64,000 nt of DNA from Anaerohalosphaeraceae bacterium. Its GTDB lineage: Bacteria > Planctomycetota > Phycisphaerae > Sedimentisphaerales > Anaerohalosphaeraceae. Numbering within the stretch: the stretch's first letter is position 1; each line of letters opens with the position of its first letter. The DNA lies in contig JBNRMN010000033.1 of assembly GCA_050309605.1 (NCBI GenBank), positions 96,001 to 160,000 of the forward strand. Reading direction: 5' to 3'. A model generated the notes under the pieces. The model had not been told where the DNA came from and ran no database searches. It worked only from the letters and a program-made list of their open reading frames with translations. The translations under genes were made by a program, and so were the position numbers. Shown piece by piece: positions 1 to 10,900 of this stretch.

Positions 1-723
1 CGGCGTAACCTCATAATGCTGATAGCCGAACCAGCGTCCCGTCCGTCCCAGACCGGTTTGCACCTCGTCGAGAATCATCAATGCGCCGTATTCGTCGCAT
101 AAATCGCGAATGGTCTGCATATATTCCGGCGTCGCTTCGCGGATGCCGCCTTCGCCCTGAATCGGTTCTATCAGCACCGCCGCCGTTTCCTCACTGAAGG
201 CCTCATGCAGCGCGTCAATGTCGTTGAACGGCACATAGTCAAACCCCGGCAGCATCGGCAAAAAGCCGTCGTGGTATTTCGGCTGTGCGGTGGCTGTTAC
301 CGAGGCAAACGTCCGCCCGTGAAAGCCGCGTTCGGCGGTGATGAATTTATACTTTTGTTTCGGGGTGTGCCGTCGTGCCAGTTTCATCGCCGCCTCATTG
401 GCCTCGGCGCCGCTGTTGCAGAAAAAGCATTTGCCGCCGAAGGCACGCTCGCTGAGCAGTTTGGCCAGTTTTCCCTGCGGAATGTTATAAAACGTGTTGT
501 CCATATGCAGCAGTTGGCCGGCCTGAGCGCGGATTGCCTCGACGACTTTCGGATGGCAGTGCCCGATGCCGCTGACCGCCCAGCCGGGGAACATATCCAG
601 AATCTTGTTGCCGTCCAGGTCCCACAGCCAGTTGCCCTGGCCCTGGGTGATGACCCGCGGCAGCCGGCCGTAATTGCCGATGACATACTCGTCAAACAGT
701 GCGAGAACCTCTTGTGTATTCAT
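1..723 (-). CDS. argD: Acetylornithine aminotransferase (class III PLP aminotransferase); 3' end runs off the window
   Basis: Translated by hand from the ATG at 723: MNTQEVLALFDEYVIGNYGRLP...FFCNSGAEANEAAMKLAR...GFHGRT...EPIQGEGG...ILDEVQTGLGRTG. Lies directly downstream of argB. Absent from the ORF track because it has no stop in the window. Confidence 0.95.
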   Translation of the reverse strand, partial: MNTQEVLALFDEYVIGNYGRLPRVITQGQGNWLWDLDGNKILDMFPGWAVSGIGHCHPKVVEAIRAQAGQLLHMDNTFYNIPQGKLAKLLSERAFGGKCFFCNSGAEANEAAMKLARRHTPKQKYKFITAERGFHGRTFASVTATAQPKYHDGFLPMLPGFDYVPFNDIDALHEAFSEETAAVLIEPIQGEGGIREATPEYMQTIRDLCDEYGALMILDEVQTGLGRTGRWFGYQHYEVTP

Positions 724-766
724 AGCGATTCACCTTTTTTTCGATTATTTATCCTTATCCCGTCAA

Positions 767-801
767 CCAACCAACAACGACAAACGACGAACTATCAACT
801 A
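767..801 (-). repeat. Degenerate 7-bp tandem array starting at the argB stop codon
   Basis: Minus strand reads TAGTTGA TAGTTCG TCGTTTG TCGTTGT TGGTTGG (period 7, TNGTT core). Confidence 0.55.
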
Positions 802-1677
802 TTTGGTAATCTGCGTCCCGATGCCTTTGGACGTGTAGATTTCCAGCAGCAGCGAATGCGGAATACGCCCGTCGATGATGTGGGCCTTGCCGGCGCCGCC
901 GTCCAGAGCGGTCAGGCACGCCTCGACCTTGGGCATCATCCCCGTGGTGATGGTTCCGTTATGAATCATCTCGACGATTTCTGCCTCGCTGAGGCTTGAA
1001 ATCCAGCTTTCCGGGTCGTCAATCTTACGTCGAATGCCGTGCGTGTCGCTGAGGACGACCAGTTTCTCGGCCTGGACGGCTGCGGCAATGTGCCCGGCCA
1101 CGCTGTCGGCATTGACATTGAGTTTGCCTCCGGCGGTTTTGGACCGGGCCACCGGGGCGATGACCGGAATCACGCCGCTCTGGCACAAGGTCGTCAATAA
1201 TTCGCCGTTGACATCGGCCACTTTGCCGACCAGCCCCAAATCCAGCTTTCGGCCGTCGTTGTTTTCAAGACGCAGCGGCTCGGCAAAGACCACGCAACTG
1301 CTCAGCGAGTGCAGCCCCATGGCCTTGCAGCCGAACTCATTAAGCGTCTGGCAGATTGGCTTGTTCAAGGCGTTGACCAGCGTATGTTCGGCGATGGTCA
1401 AGGTGCGTTCATCCGTATAGCGGCGTCCCTGCACCCAGACCGGTTCCAGACCCGCCTCGTTCATCGCCGCGGTGATGGCCTTGCCGCCGCCGTGCACCAA
1501 AATCGGACGCATCCCGACCGTGGACATAAAGACCACATCCTGCAGCAGATTGCGGCGAAGCTGCTGGTCATCCAGGATACTGCCGCCCAGCTTGATGACG
1601 ACCCGTTTGCCCTTAAAGTTCCGGATATACTCCATCGCCTCAATTAGGGCGCGGGCTTTTTCAATTGCCTGTTCCAT
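799..1677 (-). CDS. argB: Acetylglutamate kinase
   Basis: Motifs VVIKLGGS, LVHGGG, NVNAD, GMMPKV, HIIDGRIPHSLLLEIYT..GIGT. Confidence 0.97.
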   Translation of the reverse strand: MEQAIEKARALIEAMEYIRNFKGKRVVIKLGGSILDDQQLRRNLLQDVVFMSTVGMRPILVHGGGKAITAAMNEAGLEPVWVQGRRYTDERTLTIAEHTLVNALNKPICQTLNEFGCKAMGLHSLSSCVVFAEPLRLENNDGRKLDLGLVGKVADVNGELLTTLCQSGVIPVIAPVARSKTAGGKLNVNADSVAGHIAAAVQAEKLVVLSDTHGIRRKIDDPESWISSLSEAEIVEMIHNGTITTGMMPKVEACLTALDGGAGKAHIIDGRIPHSLLLEIYTSKGIGTQITK

Positions 1678-1811
1678 AGCGGACCACTCCGGGGGCTAAC
1701 CCCATAAAAAACAACAACTTAACAAGCTCGCCGCACACTGTGTTCGGGGGAAAAAACCGTCTTTGGCGGCCTGCTGGTTTGACCGGCTGTGTCGAACCTG
1801 AAATACAAAAA

Positions 1812-1883
1812 AGCCAACGAAGGGAATCGAACCCTTAACCGCTGGTTTACAAAACCAGTGCTCTACCGTTGAGCTACGTTGGC
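1812..1883 (-). tRNA. tRNA-Thr (anticodon TGT); CCA not encoded
   Basis: Reverse complement is GCCAACG TA GCTC AACGGTA GAGC A CTGGT TT TGT AA ACCAG CGGTT AAGGG TTCGATT CCCTT CGTTGGC T, a complete cloverleaf. Confidence 0.97.
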
Positions 1884-2159
1884 ATAAGTTTCTATTTTAT
1901 AAAGACTTAAGCGTTTTTCCGTGCAGTGTAAGCAACCGCTCTCTTGTCAAAGAACGCAAACAAAAAAAGTCGGAAAGCCTGTTCCGACCCACCCCCGCTT
2001 ACTTTACATAAAGCAGGCGGAATTTGCAAAAAAAATTGGTCAAATTTCATTATTTTGGCGGCGACAACTACGCGGTCAAGGGCCGCAGCAGAATCGAAAT
2101 AGATTCCTTTGAAAAGGGCTTGCCGGCGGATTCGTCGGCACGTTGTCCGCGACTTGGCG

Positions 2160-3323
2160 CTATGTAGCGCCGAAGCGTTTTCGGTAGGCAAGCGGGGTCA
2201 TTCCCGCGGCCTGCTTAAAGTAGCGGGACAGGTGGTTGGCGCTGAAGTAGCCCAGTTTTGTCGCGATTTGCGAGATCGGCATATCGGTTTTGCGCAGCAT
2301 ATTGGCGATCCGCTCGGTGCGAACGCGTTTGATTTCCTGATGTACGCTGCGGCCGAGAATGCGAATGAATTTTTCGTGCAGCAGCCGCTGACAGCACGTC
2401 ACCTCGTTCATCACATCGGCAATCTGGATCAGTTGGTTGGCCTGCTGACGGATAAACCGCACCGCCGCGGCCACGTCGGCGTCCTCAATTGCCAAACTGT
2501 CCGTCGAGGCCCGCACTTCAATATGAGAAGGCCGAACCGTGATGACGGTATCCTGTGCTGCTTGACCGGCCATCAATTGATCCAGCAGCTCGGCTGCCTC
2601 ATAGCCGGCCGCGTCAAAATCCAGCGCAATACTCGACAGCGGCGGATCGGATAAATCACACACCATATCATCGTTATCGACCCCGATCAGTGCGATGGTT
2701 TCGGGAATCTTGATGTCGGCCATTGTGCAGGCTTCTACGATATGCTGACAGCAGTCATCGGCGCAGGCCATCAATCCGACCGGAGCGGGCAGCGACCGGA
2801 GCCAATCGGTCAGCCGGCGCAGCTCCTTTTGCAAAGCGGTCTTGATCCGCTGCGGATTCAGCTCAAAATACGCCGCCGAATAGCCCCGCCGGCGCAGGGT
2901 CTGCTCAAAACTGTCATAACGCCGAACGGACCAGTAATAATCGCCCATCCCGCAATAGGCAAAATGGGAAAAGCCCAACCCCATCAAATGTTCGGCGGCC
3001 ATAACGCCGATCTGCTGCACATCTCCGACGATCATCGGCGCCGCGTAGCGGTCGGTCTTGAAGGTATGAATCAGTGTCGGCTTTCCCAGCCGCATAATCC
3101 CTTCGATTTTTTCCGTATCCGAGACGATAATCCCGTCCGGATCGAAATCCCTGATTTGGGTGATGGACAGGCCGCCGCGATTGGATTTGAGGTAGAACCT
3201 GGGCTTGCGATAAAACGCCCATGGTCCGTGCAGATGCGCATAGCGGGCCACGCCGCGAAGAAACTCCCGCTCACATGTGCGCGCCGGCTCAAGCAGCAAA
3301 ACGATTTTTTGAATTCGTGCCAT
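2160..3323 (-). CDS. XylR-type transcriptional regulator (periplasmic-binding-protein-like domain plus C-terminal AraC HTH)
   Basis: LRGVARYA, IGVDND...PPLSSI, GYEAAELLD, R.STD, and AraC tail IA..LGY.SANHLSRYFKQ..GMTP..YR. Divergent from a sugar operon. Confidence 0.92.
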   Translation of the reverse strand: MARIQKIVLLLEPARTCEREFLRGVARYAHLHGPWAFYRKPRFYLKSNRGGLSITQIRDFDPDGIIVSDTEKIEGIMRLGKPTLIHTFKTDRYAAPMIVGDVQQIGVMAAEHLMGLGFSHFAYCGMGDYYWSVRRYDSFEQTLRRRGYSAAYFELNPQRIKTALQKELRRLTDWLRSLPAPVGLMACADDCCQHIVEACTMADIKIPETIALIGVDNDDMVCDLSDPPLSSIALDFDAAGYEAAELLDQLMAGQAAQDTVITVRPSHIEVRASTDSLAIEDADVAAAVRFIRQQANQLIQIADVMNEVTCCQRLLHEKFIRILGRSVHQEIKRVRTERIANMLRKTDMPISQIATKLGYFSANHLSRYFKQAAGMTPLAYRKRFGAT

Positions 3324-3386
3324 TTGTTAACCAAAGCGACCTGATTAGTCGAGGCCGGTCAAATTACAACTATGATGTAGTGTATG

Positions 3387-3417
3387 CAAAAAATGGCGAA
3401 AAATAAACAAAAAATGG
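3387..3417 (+). promoter_or_regulatory. Putative XylR/AraC tandem operator
   Basis: CAAAAAATGG at 3387-3396 and 3408-3417 (21-bp period), between the regulator and the divergent operon. Confidence 0.5.
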
Positions 3418-3506
3418 TATTTTTTTCCGAGCTGCTTTCGTTACTATAGGGCGCGTACTGAATACGCCGGACCTCCGTTACTACATAAACTACAGGAGTA
3501 TCGAGA

Positions 3507-4520
3507 ATGCGAATCGCAGTGGTGGGCTTTGGATTTATGGGCAGGATGCACTTTGCCAACTGGAGTCGTTGTGAAGGCATCGAAATCGCGGCGATTTGTG
3601 AGCAAAACCCCGACGTCCTGAACCGTCTGGACAAGCCCGTCGGCAATATCGACGGCCTGCCTGACTCCATCGATCTGAGCCAAATCAAGCGGTACACCGA
3701 TCTATCTGAGATGCTTGCCTCCGAGCGTCTGGACGCGGTATCGATCACGCTGCCGACGCATTTGCACGCCGCCAGTTCCATCCAGGCCCTGGACGCCGGC
3801 GTCCACGTCCTGTGCGAAAAGCCAATGGCCCTGACGCTGGACGAGTGCGACCGCATGATAGCCGCCGCCCGCCGCAGCGGCAAACACTTGATGATCGGCC
3901 ACTGTATCCGCTTCTGGCCCGAATACGTCAAGGCCAAGGAACTGATCGACAGCGGACAGTACGGCGGTGTGTTGGCCGCGTCTTTTCGACGGTTCACTGC
4001 TGCGCCGACCTGGAGCAGCGACAATTGGCTGACTGATGACCGGCGCAGCGGGGGGATGCCGCTGGATTTGCACATTCACGATACGGATTTTATTCATTAT
4101 CTCTTCGGCCTGCCGGCGGCGGTATGCAGCCATGCCGCCCTGAAAGACGGCGGTATCGTCCATATTCAGACGCACTATGACTACGGCGATAAGCGGGCTA
4201 TCGGCGCCGAAGCCAGTTGGCTTGCGACCCCGTCGTTTGGTTTTCAGATGGGCTTTGAACTGTTACTTGAGCAGGCCACTGTTGTGTACGACTGTACGCG
4301 GCAGCCGGCCTTTCGCCTTTGTCCGGCTGACGGACAGCCATTTACCCCGCAGACCGCCGACGGCGACGGCTATGCCCATGAAATCGCCTATTTTGCCGCT
4401 CTGATTCAGGGCAAAACAACCGCACACGTTCTGACCCCGGCCCAGTCGCGCGATTCGGTTCGGCTCATCGAGGCCGAACGCCGTTCAGCAGCCGAAGGCC
4501 GGCGGATCGAAATCCCATAA
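3507..4520 (+). CDS. Gfo/Idh/MocA family NAD(P)-dependent oxidoreductase, cytoplasmic
   Basis: MRIAVVGFGFMG, HVLCEKPMA, GGMPLDLHIHD; AGGAG RBS. Confidence 0.93.
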   Translation: MRIAVVGFGFMGRMHFANWSRCEGIEIAAICEQNPDVLNRLDKPVGNIDGLPDSIDLSQIKRYTDLSEMLASERLDAVSITLPTHLHAASSIQALDAGVHVLCEKPMALTLDECDRMIAAARRSGKHLMIGHCIRFWPEYVKAKELIDSGQYGGVLAASFRRFTAAPTWSSDNWLTDDRRSGGMPLDLHIHDTDFIHYLFGLPAAVCSHAALKDGGIVHIQTHYDYGDKRAIGAEASWLATPSFGFQMGFELLLEQATVVYDCTRQPAFRLCPADGQPFTPQTADGDGYAHEIAYFAALIQGKTTAHVLTPAQSRDSVRLIEAERRSAAEGRRIEIP

Positions 4521-4548
4521 ACGAAAATGATAACGACAAGTTCAGGAG

Positions 4549-5379
4549 ATGGTTATGGCTCAATGCGGACCCTGGCCCATTGGCGTATGCAGTTGGTCGC
4601 TTCAGCGGAATATCCCCGGCGTGGTCGAAGCGATGCACAAACTGGACATTGATCACGTTCATCTGGATGTCGGCCCGGCCTGCGAGGATGACTCCGATTC
4701 GTATATTGATCTGGTTCAGCAGGGCAATTGGACGATCAGCTCGACGATGATCGGCTTTGCTCAGGAAGATTACTCCACGCTCGAGGCCATCAAGCAAACC
4801 GGCGGTATCGTGCCGGACGACTGTTGGGATGTCAACCGTCAACGCTTCCTGAAAGCCATCGAGGTCACCGCGGCTCTGGGCGTGAACTACCTGTCGTCGC
4901 ATTTCGGCTTTCTGGATATGTCCGATCCGGCCTACGCCGACAAGCTGATCCAGCGCGTTGGCCTGCTGGCCGATGCCGCCGCGGCGCACAACGTCGTCTT
5001 GCTGATGGAAACCGGTCAGGAATGCGCCGACGAATTAAAAGCGTTTCTGGAGAAATTGAACCATTCGGCCCTCGGCGTCAACTTTGACCCGGCCAATATG
5101 ATCCTGTATAATATGGGCGACCCGCTGGACGGCGTTCGAACCCTTGCTCCCTGGGTCAAGCACGTTCACATTAAAGACGCGGTTCGAGCCGATCAGCCCG
5201 GCACCTGGGGGCAGGAAGTGGTCTGGGCAGACGGACAGGTCGGTGCTGAACATTTCTTAAAGACGCTGCGGGAAATCAACTACACCGGCGTCTTGGCGAT
5301 TGAACGCGAGGGCGGGCAGGACCGCTTCGGCGACATTAAAACCGCCGTCGGGCGGCTCAAATCCTTTGCCGCAGCCTGA
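4549..5379 (+). CDS. Sugar phosphate isomerase/epimerase family (xylose-isomerase-like TIM barrel)
   Basis: Metal-binding motifs LMETGQE, NFDPAN, HVHIKD, LAIERE. Confidence 0.9.
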   Translation: MVMAQCGPWPIGVCSWSLQRNIPGVVEAMHKLDIDHVHLDVGPACEDDSDSYIDLVQQGNWTISSTMIGFAQEDYSTLEAIKQTGGIVPDDCWDVNRQRFLKAIEVTAALGVNYLSSHFGFLDMSDPAYADKLIQRVGLLADAAAAHNVVLLMETGQECADELKAFLEKLNHSALGVNFDPANMILYNMGDPLDGVRTLAPWVKHVHIKDAVRADQPGTWGQEVVWADGQVGAEHFLKTLREINYTGVLAIEREGGQDRFGDIKTAVGRLKSFAAA

Positions 5380-5437
5380 TATGCTCAATAACAACGGGCA
5401 CACAACCGACAACACAACTTAAAACGGAGATGCAGCG

Positions 5438-6592
5438 ATGGTACAATTAACGGCGTTAATGGGAGCATTCGGCGTGGGGATGTGTTTTTCCTTTTTGGGA
5501 GCGATCAGCGTCAAGCTGATGCCCCGCCTGAATATCGACACCGGCCGGTTCGGCTCACTGGTCTCGGCCCTGATGATTACCGCGGTAATCTCGTCTATTC
5601 TGGTCGGGCTGGGTATTGACACCTGGGGGCACAAGATCTTTGCGATTATCGGGTTTTTAATCACCGGAGCCTCTATCTTGACAGTCGCACGAAGCAAGTC
5701 ATTCAACACCGTCTTTGTGGCCTGTTTGTTTCTCGGCGTCGGTGCGATGTGTATGAGCAATGTCGGCAACACCCTGATGCCCGTGGTGCTCTTTGACGGG
5801 CAAAATCCCGCCGCCGCATTGAACCTCGGCAATGTCGCGTTCGGGCTGGGGTTGTTTTTGACGCCCTTTATCGTCAGTTTTCTGTTCCAGAAGACCAGTT
5901 TTGAAAACGCCGTTTCCGTCTTGGCTGCGATCGCGGTCATTCCGGTGCTGTTTGCCTTTTTGGGCCAAGATTTCCCCAAGGCTCCGCTGGGATTCAGTCT
6001 TTCTGATGCAGCGGGTTTGTTATTGAATCCGGTGGTCATTTTCACCGCCCTGGCGCTGTTTTGCTATATTAGTTTGGAGTCGTCTTTTTCCAATTGGATT
6101 GCGCCTTACGCCAAGCAGGTCATTTCCAAAGACTTTCCCTCGCTGGCGGAAACGACGGTGGACGCTACCAGTCAGCAGATGCTGTCCATTTTTGCGATTG
6201 CGATGATGGTGGGTCGTTTGCTGGCCAGTCAGATCGCAGCCGTGGAACAGCATAGCGCTGTTTCGGTCATCATTCTGGCGGTGGCCGCCGGCGGCGTGGT
6301 GTTCGCAATGACTCGCGGCGGGGCGATGTGGTCGGCGCTGCTGGTGGCCTGTGGCGGACTGACATTCTCGGCCATTTTTCCCACCATCGTAGCGATTGCA
6401 TACAATCGGCACGCGGACAATTTCAGCACGGTCTTCGGAATTATTTTTGCTGTTGGGCTGCTCGGCGCGGTCATCGTCCCCAAAACCATCGGCAATCTCG
6501 CTCGCGGAATGACGGTTCAGAAAAGTCTCCGACTGCTGCTTCCGATTTGTGCGGTGCTGGTGATATTGGCGCTGATTCTCAAAGTGATGTAA
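5438..6592 (+). CDS. MFS transporter (sugar/fucose-permease-like)
   Basis: About 12 hydrophobic segments, G.GID.WGHK loop motif, FCYISLE.SFSNW, GRLL. Confidence 0.9.
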   Translation: MVQLTALMGAFGVGMCFSFLGAISVKLMPRLNIDTGRFGSLVSALMITAVISSILVGLGIDTWGHKIFAIIGFLITGASILTVARSKSFNTVFVACLFLGVGAMCMSNVGNTLMPVVLFDGQNPAAALNLGNVAFGLGLFLTPFIVSFLFQKTSFENAVSVLAAIAVIPVLFAFLGQDFPKAPLGFSLSDAAGLLLNPVVIFTALALFCYISLESSFSNWIAPYAKQVISKDFPSLAETTVDATSQQMLSIFAIAMMVGRLLASQIAAVEQHSAVSVIILAVAAGGVVFAMTRGGAMWSALLVACGGLTFSAIFPTIVAIAYNRHADNFSTVFGIIFAVGLLGAVIVPKTIGNLARGMTVQKSLRLLLPICAVLVILALILKVM

Positions 6593-6621
6593 TCCCTCGT
6601 TCCTGAATGAAAGAGATTCCA

Positions 6622-7890
6622 ATGAGCCATCTGAATCTGACACGACGCGGTTTTTTGCGGGCAGCCGGCGGTGCGGCGACGGCCTTTACGATTGTGCCGC
6701 GTTCGGTTCTGGGCGGCAACGGTATCACGCCGCCCAGTGAGCAATTGACCAAAGCTGTCATCGGTGTCGGCGGGATGGGACAGGGACACCTGACCTATCC
6801 GGGCGCCAAACTGCTGGCGATCTGCGATGTGGATCGAAACCACCTGACACGCACGCTGGCCAAGTGCGGGCCGGATGTCAAAGGCTATCATGATTTTCGC
6901 GAGGTACTCAGCCGCGATGACATTGACATTGTCCACATCGTCACGCCCCCGCACTGGCACGGCCTGATGGCGGTGGCCGCCGCGCAGGCCGGCAAAGACA
7001 TCTGGTGCGAAAAACCCATGACCCGCACCATCGGCGAAGGCGTCAAGGTCGTTCAGGCGGTGCAGCGGCATGGACGCATCTTTCGGCTGAATACCTGGTT
7101 TCGCTTTCAAAGCAACTTTTACGGGTTCGGCCCGACCGTCAGACCCATCAAAAAACTGGTGCAAAGCGGCATGCTCGGCTGGCCGCTGAAGGTCACCGTC
7201 AATGCGGCCACCGGTTTTGACTGGAAGTTTGGCTGGTCCGGTCGGACGAACCTGCCAGAAATGCCCGTCCCCGACGAGTTGGATTATGACCTCTGGCTCG
7301 GGCCGGCCCCGTTCAAGCCCTATCATCCCCACCGTGTTCACAGTTCATTTCGCGGCTACTGGGATTATGACGGCGGCGGTCTGGGCGATATGGGACAGCA
7401 TTATCTCGATCCGGTGCAGTATCTTCTCGACAAAGATCACACCAGCCCCGTCCAGATCGAAGCCGATGCCCCCCCGCAGCACCCCGACGCCGTCGGCAGC
7501 TGGCGTCGAATCCGGATGAAGTACGCCGACGGCTGCGAAATCATCCTCGATGGTGAGAATAAAGACGTCAACGCCGCTTACATCGAAGGCCCCGAAGGCA
7601 AACTCTATCGCGGATTTCGTTCGGATATTCCCAACGTCGAAGCCAAATTAGCCCAATTTCCCGAACCGGCGCCGCAGTTGACCGATTTTGCCCAGGCCGT
7701 CCGACAGCGAAAGCCCTTTGCCCTGAACGAACAGAACGCCCATCGGAGCTGCACCCTGGTCAATCTCGGCAAGATTGCCCTGCGGCTTCAGCGGCCGCTG
7801 CGGTTTGATCCCGACAAGCAGGAATTTATCAACGATCCGCAGGCCAATCGGCTGATCCATCAGCCGATGCGCAGCCCGTGGCGGATATAA
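6622..7890 (+). CDS. Tat-exported Gfo/Idh/MocA family oxidoreductase
   Basis: Twin-arginine signal TRRGFL; IGVGGMG, TPPHWH, CEKP, LDYDLWLGPAP, GDMGQHYLD. Start taken at ATG 6622 (alternative 6607). Confidence 0.92.
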   Translation: MSHLNLTRRGFLRAAGGAATAFTIVPRSVLGGNGITPPSEQLTKAVIGVGGMGQGHLTYPGAKLLAICDVDRNHLTRTLAKCGPDVKGYHDFREVLSRDDIDIVHIVTPPHWHGLMAVAAAQAGKDIWCEKPMTRTIGEGVKVVQAVQRHGRIFRLNTWFRFQSNFYGFGPTVRPIKKLVQSGMLGWPLKVTVNAATGFDWKFGWSGRTNLPEMPVPDELDYDLWLGPAPFKPYHPHRVHSSFRGYWDYDGGGLGDMGQHYLDPVQYLLDKDHTSPVQIEADAPPQHPDAVGSWRRIRMKYADGCEIILDGENKDVNAAYIEGPEGKLYRGFRSDIPNVEAKLAQFPEPAPQLTDFAQAVRQRKPFALNEQNAHRSCTLVNLGKIALRLQRPLRFDPDKQEFINDPQANRLIHQPMRSPWRI

Positions 7891-7904
7891 CGGAGACACG
7901 ATCC

Positions 7905-10900
7905 ATGCATAAGTTACACCTATTCGGTTTGATGTCCTGTCTTGTCGTGTGTACAGGCATATCGGTTAAGGCGTCTTCTGTCGATCAGCGTCTTGAAGAA
8001 CTGCTTACTGCACCTTTACCCCATACGTTTCAGGACGCCCAAGCGCAGTGCGCAGCGCTATTTGAATCGGGGTCAGAGGCGATTGTGTCCTTGTGTCGAA
8101 TGCTCGATGCGGTCGAAGATGACACCCGTCAGCGCACATTGCTGCAGACGGCGGCGGCCTATGTTGGACAAGACGGCCGTCTTGCCGAGCGGACCCTGTT
8201 TATTCAGGCGATTGCCCAAGCGCTGAAACAGACATCGAATAAAGAAACACAGACCTTTTTGATTGAACTGCTGCAATGGGCCGGCGATGACCGCAGCATT
8301 GCGGTGCTGTCGGGTTTTCTGACCGATGGCCGTCTGTGCGGCCCGGCTGCGCGTGCCCTGACGACTCTGGGAACCCCTGCCGCAGCACACGCCTTAACGG
8401 CTGCACTGAACCGGCCGCAAACCGCCGACCGATCCGCCGTGATTTTGGGTCTCGGAATGCTGCGCGCCGAACACGCCGCCGAGACCATCGCGCCGTACAG
8501 CCGGGATGCCGATGCGACTGTGCGGCACAGTGCGCAGTGGGCACTGGCCAACATCGGCTATGAACCGACCGCAACGGCAATCTTCGAGGCGATGACAGCA
8601 GCTTCCGGTTACCCCAAAGCACAAGCCGCATCGCTTTACATTCTGTTGGCTCGACGTCTGGCACAAAAAGGACAGACCGACGCCGCCGCGGCGATGTGCC
8701 GTAAAATCCTGGCGGACCGGGGGGATACCGCAATCGCGGTTTCGATTCAGGCGGATGCACTGGATACGCTGGTCACCGCCGTCGGTGCAGCGGCATTAAC
8801 CGATCTGCTAACCGCCGCCGGCAGTGAGAACCGGTCGCTCCAGGTTGCCGCCGTCAACCTGGCTGACAGGATTGACGGCTCTGGCGCTACGGAACGCTGG
8901 GTCCGTTTGCTGGCCGAAGCCGATGCGTTTTCGGTCGAACATATTGCGGCGATGCTGGGACGGCGCGGCGACCGCTCGGCGCTGCCGTCGGTATTGGGGC
9001 TGCTCTATCACGCTGATGATTCGGTCGCCGCCTCTGCGATGACCGCTGCCGTTCGCTTGGATCAAGAGAAGGCCGTCGAGGCGATCGTGGCGATGCTGCG
9101 TGAAACCGACCGTCCACAGCGCATTGCCGAAGGGGTGGATGTGCTGATGCGCCTGCCGGGCCACGAGGCGCTGCGGGCTGCGGCCCAATCGCTTGCCGCG
9201 ATGCCGCCGGCAAGTCGAATCAAAGTCATGGAAGGGCTGGCCGGCCGCCGTGCCGCTGGATATTCTTCCTTTATTCTCGAACAGGCGGTCGATGCCGACC
9301 CGACCGTCAGACGAGCGGCCATACGGGCGTTGATGTTTTGCGCCGCTGCGGATGATCTGCCTAAGTTGCTCTCGCTGATGCTTGATTCTGACGATCGCGC
9401 CGAGCAGGCCGGTCTTCAGCGGGCTGCGGTGGCGGCGGCCCATCAACACCCCGACACCGAAAAACGAGCCGATCCGATTCTGGAACGTTTGTCGCAGGCC
9501 GACGATTCGGACAAGGCCGTGTTGATTCGAACGGTCGGTCAGGTCGGCGGACCCGAAGCGCTCAGAACGGTGCGCCAGTATGTCAACAGCGACGATTCCG
9601 ACATCAAAGACGCCGCCATCCGTGCCCTGGCTGACTGGCCGGATGTCTCGGCGGTCGAGGGATTGATGGAAGTGGTTCGAACCGAGGAACTCCGCTATCA
9701 GGTCATTGCCCTGCGCAGTGCCTTGCGGCTGGTGCAAAACAGCGAGTTGCCCCCGCGGCGAAAAGTCCAACTGGCAAAACAGGCCCTGGAGGCCGTCTCA
9801 CGTGAGGGCGAAAAACAGCTTATCCTGTCCTTCCTGAGTCAGGTTAAATCCAACAGGGCGCTGACCCTGGCGGCGCATTATCTGGACGACCCTGCGCTGC
9901 GTCCGGCTGCGGCCGCGGCGGTTGCCCGCATTGCGCTGCCCGATGGCGACCATCAGGGACTGGATGGTGTCTATGCGGCCAACGTGCTTACGGAGTCCGT
10001 TGATGCGCTGACGGATGAACAATTACAGCAGCAGGTACGCGATTATCTGAACACGCTGCCGCCGCCGTCGAAGCCTCAAACCAAAACACCGCCCGATGGG
10101 TTTACCGCGTTGTTCAATAACCAGGATTTGACCGGCTGGCAGGGCGTTCTGCTTCCGCCGTATGACAATCCTATCCGGCGGGCACGTCTGAGCGATTCGC
10201 AGCGAGCCGAACTGCAGGCCAAGGCCGATGCTCTAATGCGAAAACACTGGCACGTCAAAGACGGTCTTCTGTATTTTGACGGCGGCGGTTTTAGCCTGTC
10301 AACGACAGAAGACTATCGGGATTTTGAGCTGTATGTGGATTGGAAGATCGCCCCGCACGGCGACAGTGGTATTTATTTGCGCGGCGCGCCGCAGGTGCAG
10401 ATCTGGGACCCGGCCGACTGGCCCGAAGGGTCCGGCGGCCTGTACAACAATCAGAATAATCCATCCAAACCGCTTGTCCGTGCCGATCACCCCATCGGCC
10501 AGTGGAACACATTTTTCATCCGAATGATCGATCAGCACGTTACGGTGTTTCTTAACGACACGCTGATCGTGGACAACGTCGTTCTTGAAAACTATTGGGA
10601 TCGCCGCCGTCCGATTTTCGCCGCCGGCCCGATTGAACTGCAATGCCACGGCGATCCGGTCTGGTTCAACAATATCTTCGTTCGCCGCATCCGGCCGCAG
10701 GAGACCGGCGGGGTATCCCTGTTCAACGGACGCGACCTGACCGGCTGGGTTGGCGATACCGCCGGTTATGTCGTTCAGGACCAAACCCTCATCTGGCGGG
10801 GCGGCGGCAATCTCTATACGGAACAGGAATATGACGATTTCCATTTCAGATGTGAATTTCGCCTTACTCCCGGCGCCAACAACGGCATCGGTATTCGCTC

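Noticed and set aside
1925..1950. TTGACA/TACACT promoter for tRNA-Thr on the minus strand
   Set aside because: The spacer is only 14 nt.
5385..5420. Possible CAAC-rich heptamer array before the MFS gene
   Set aside because: Periodicity is too irregular and there is no complementary arm.
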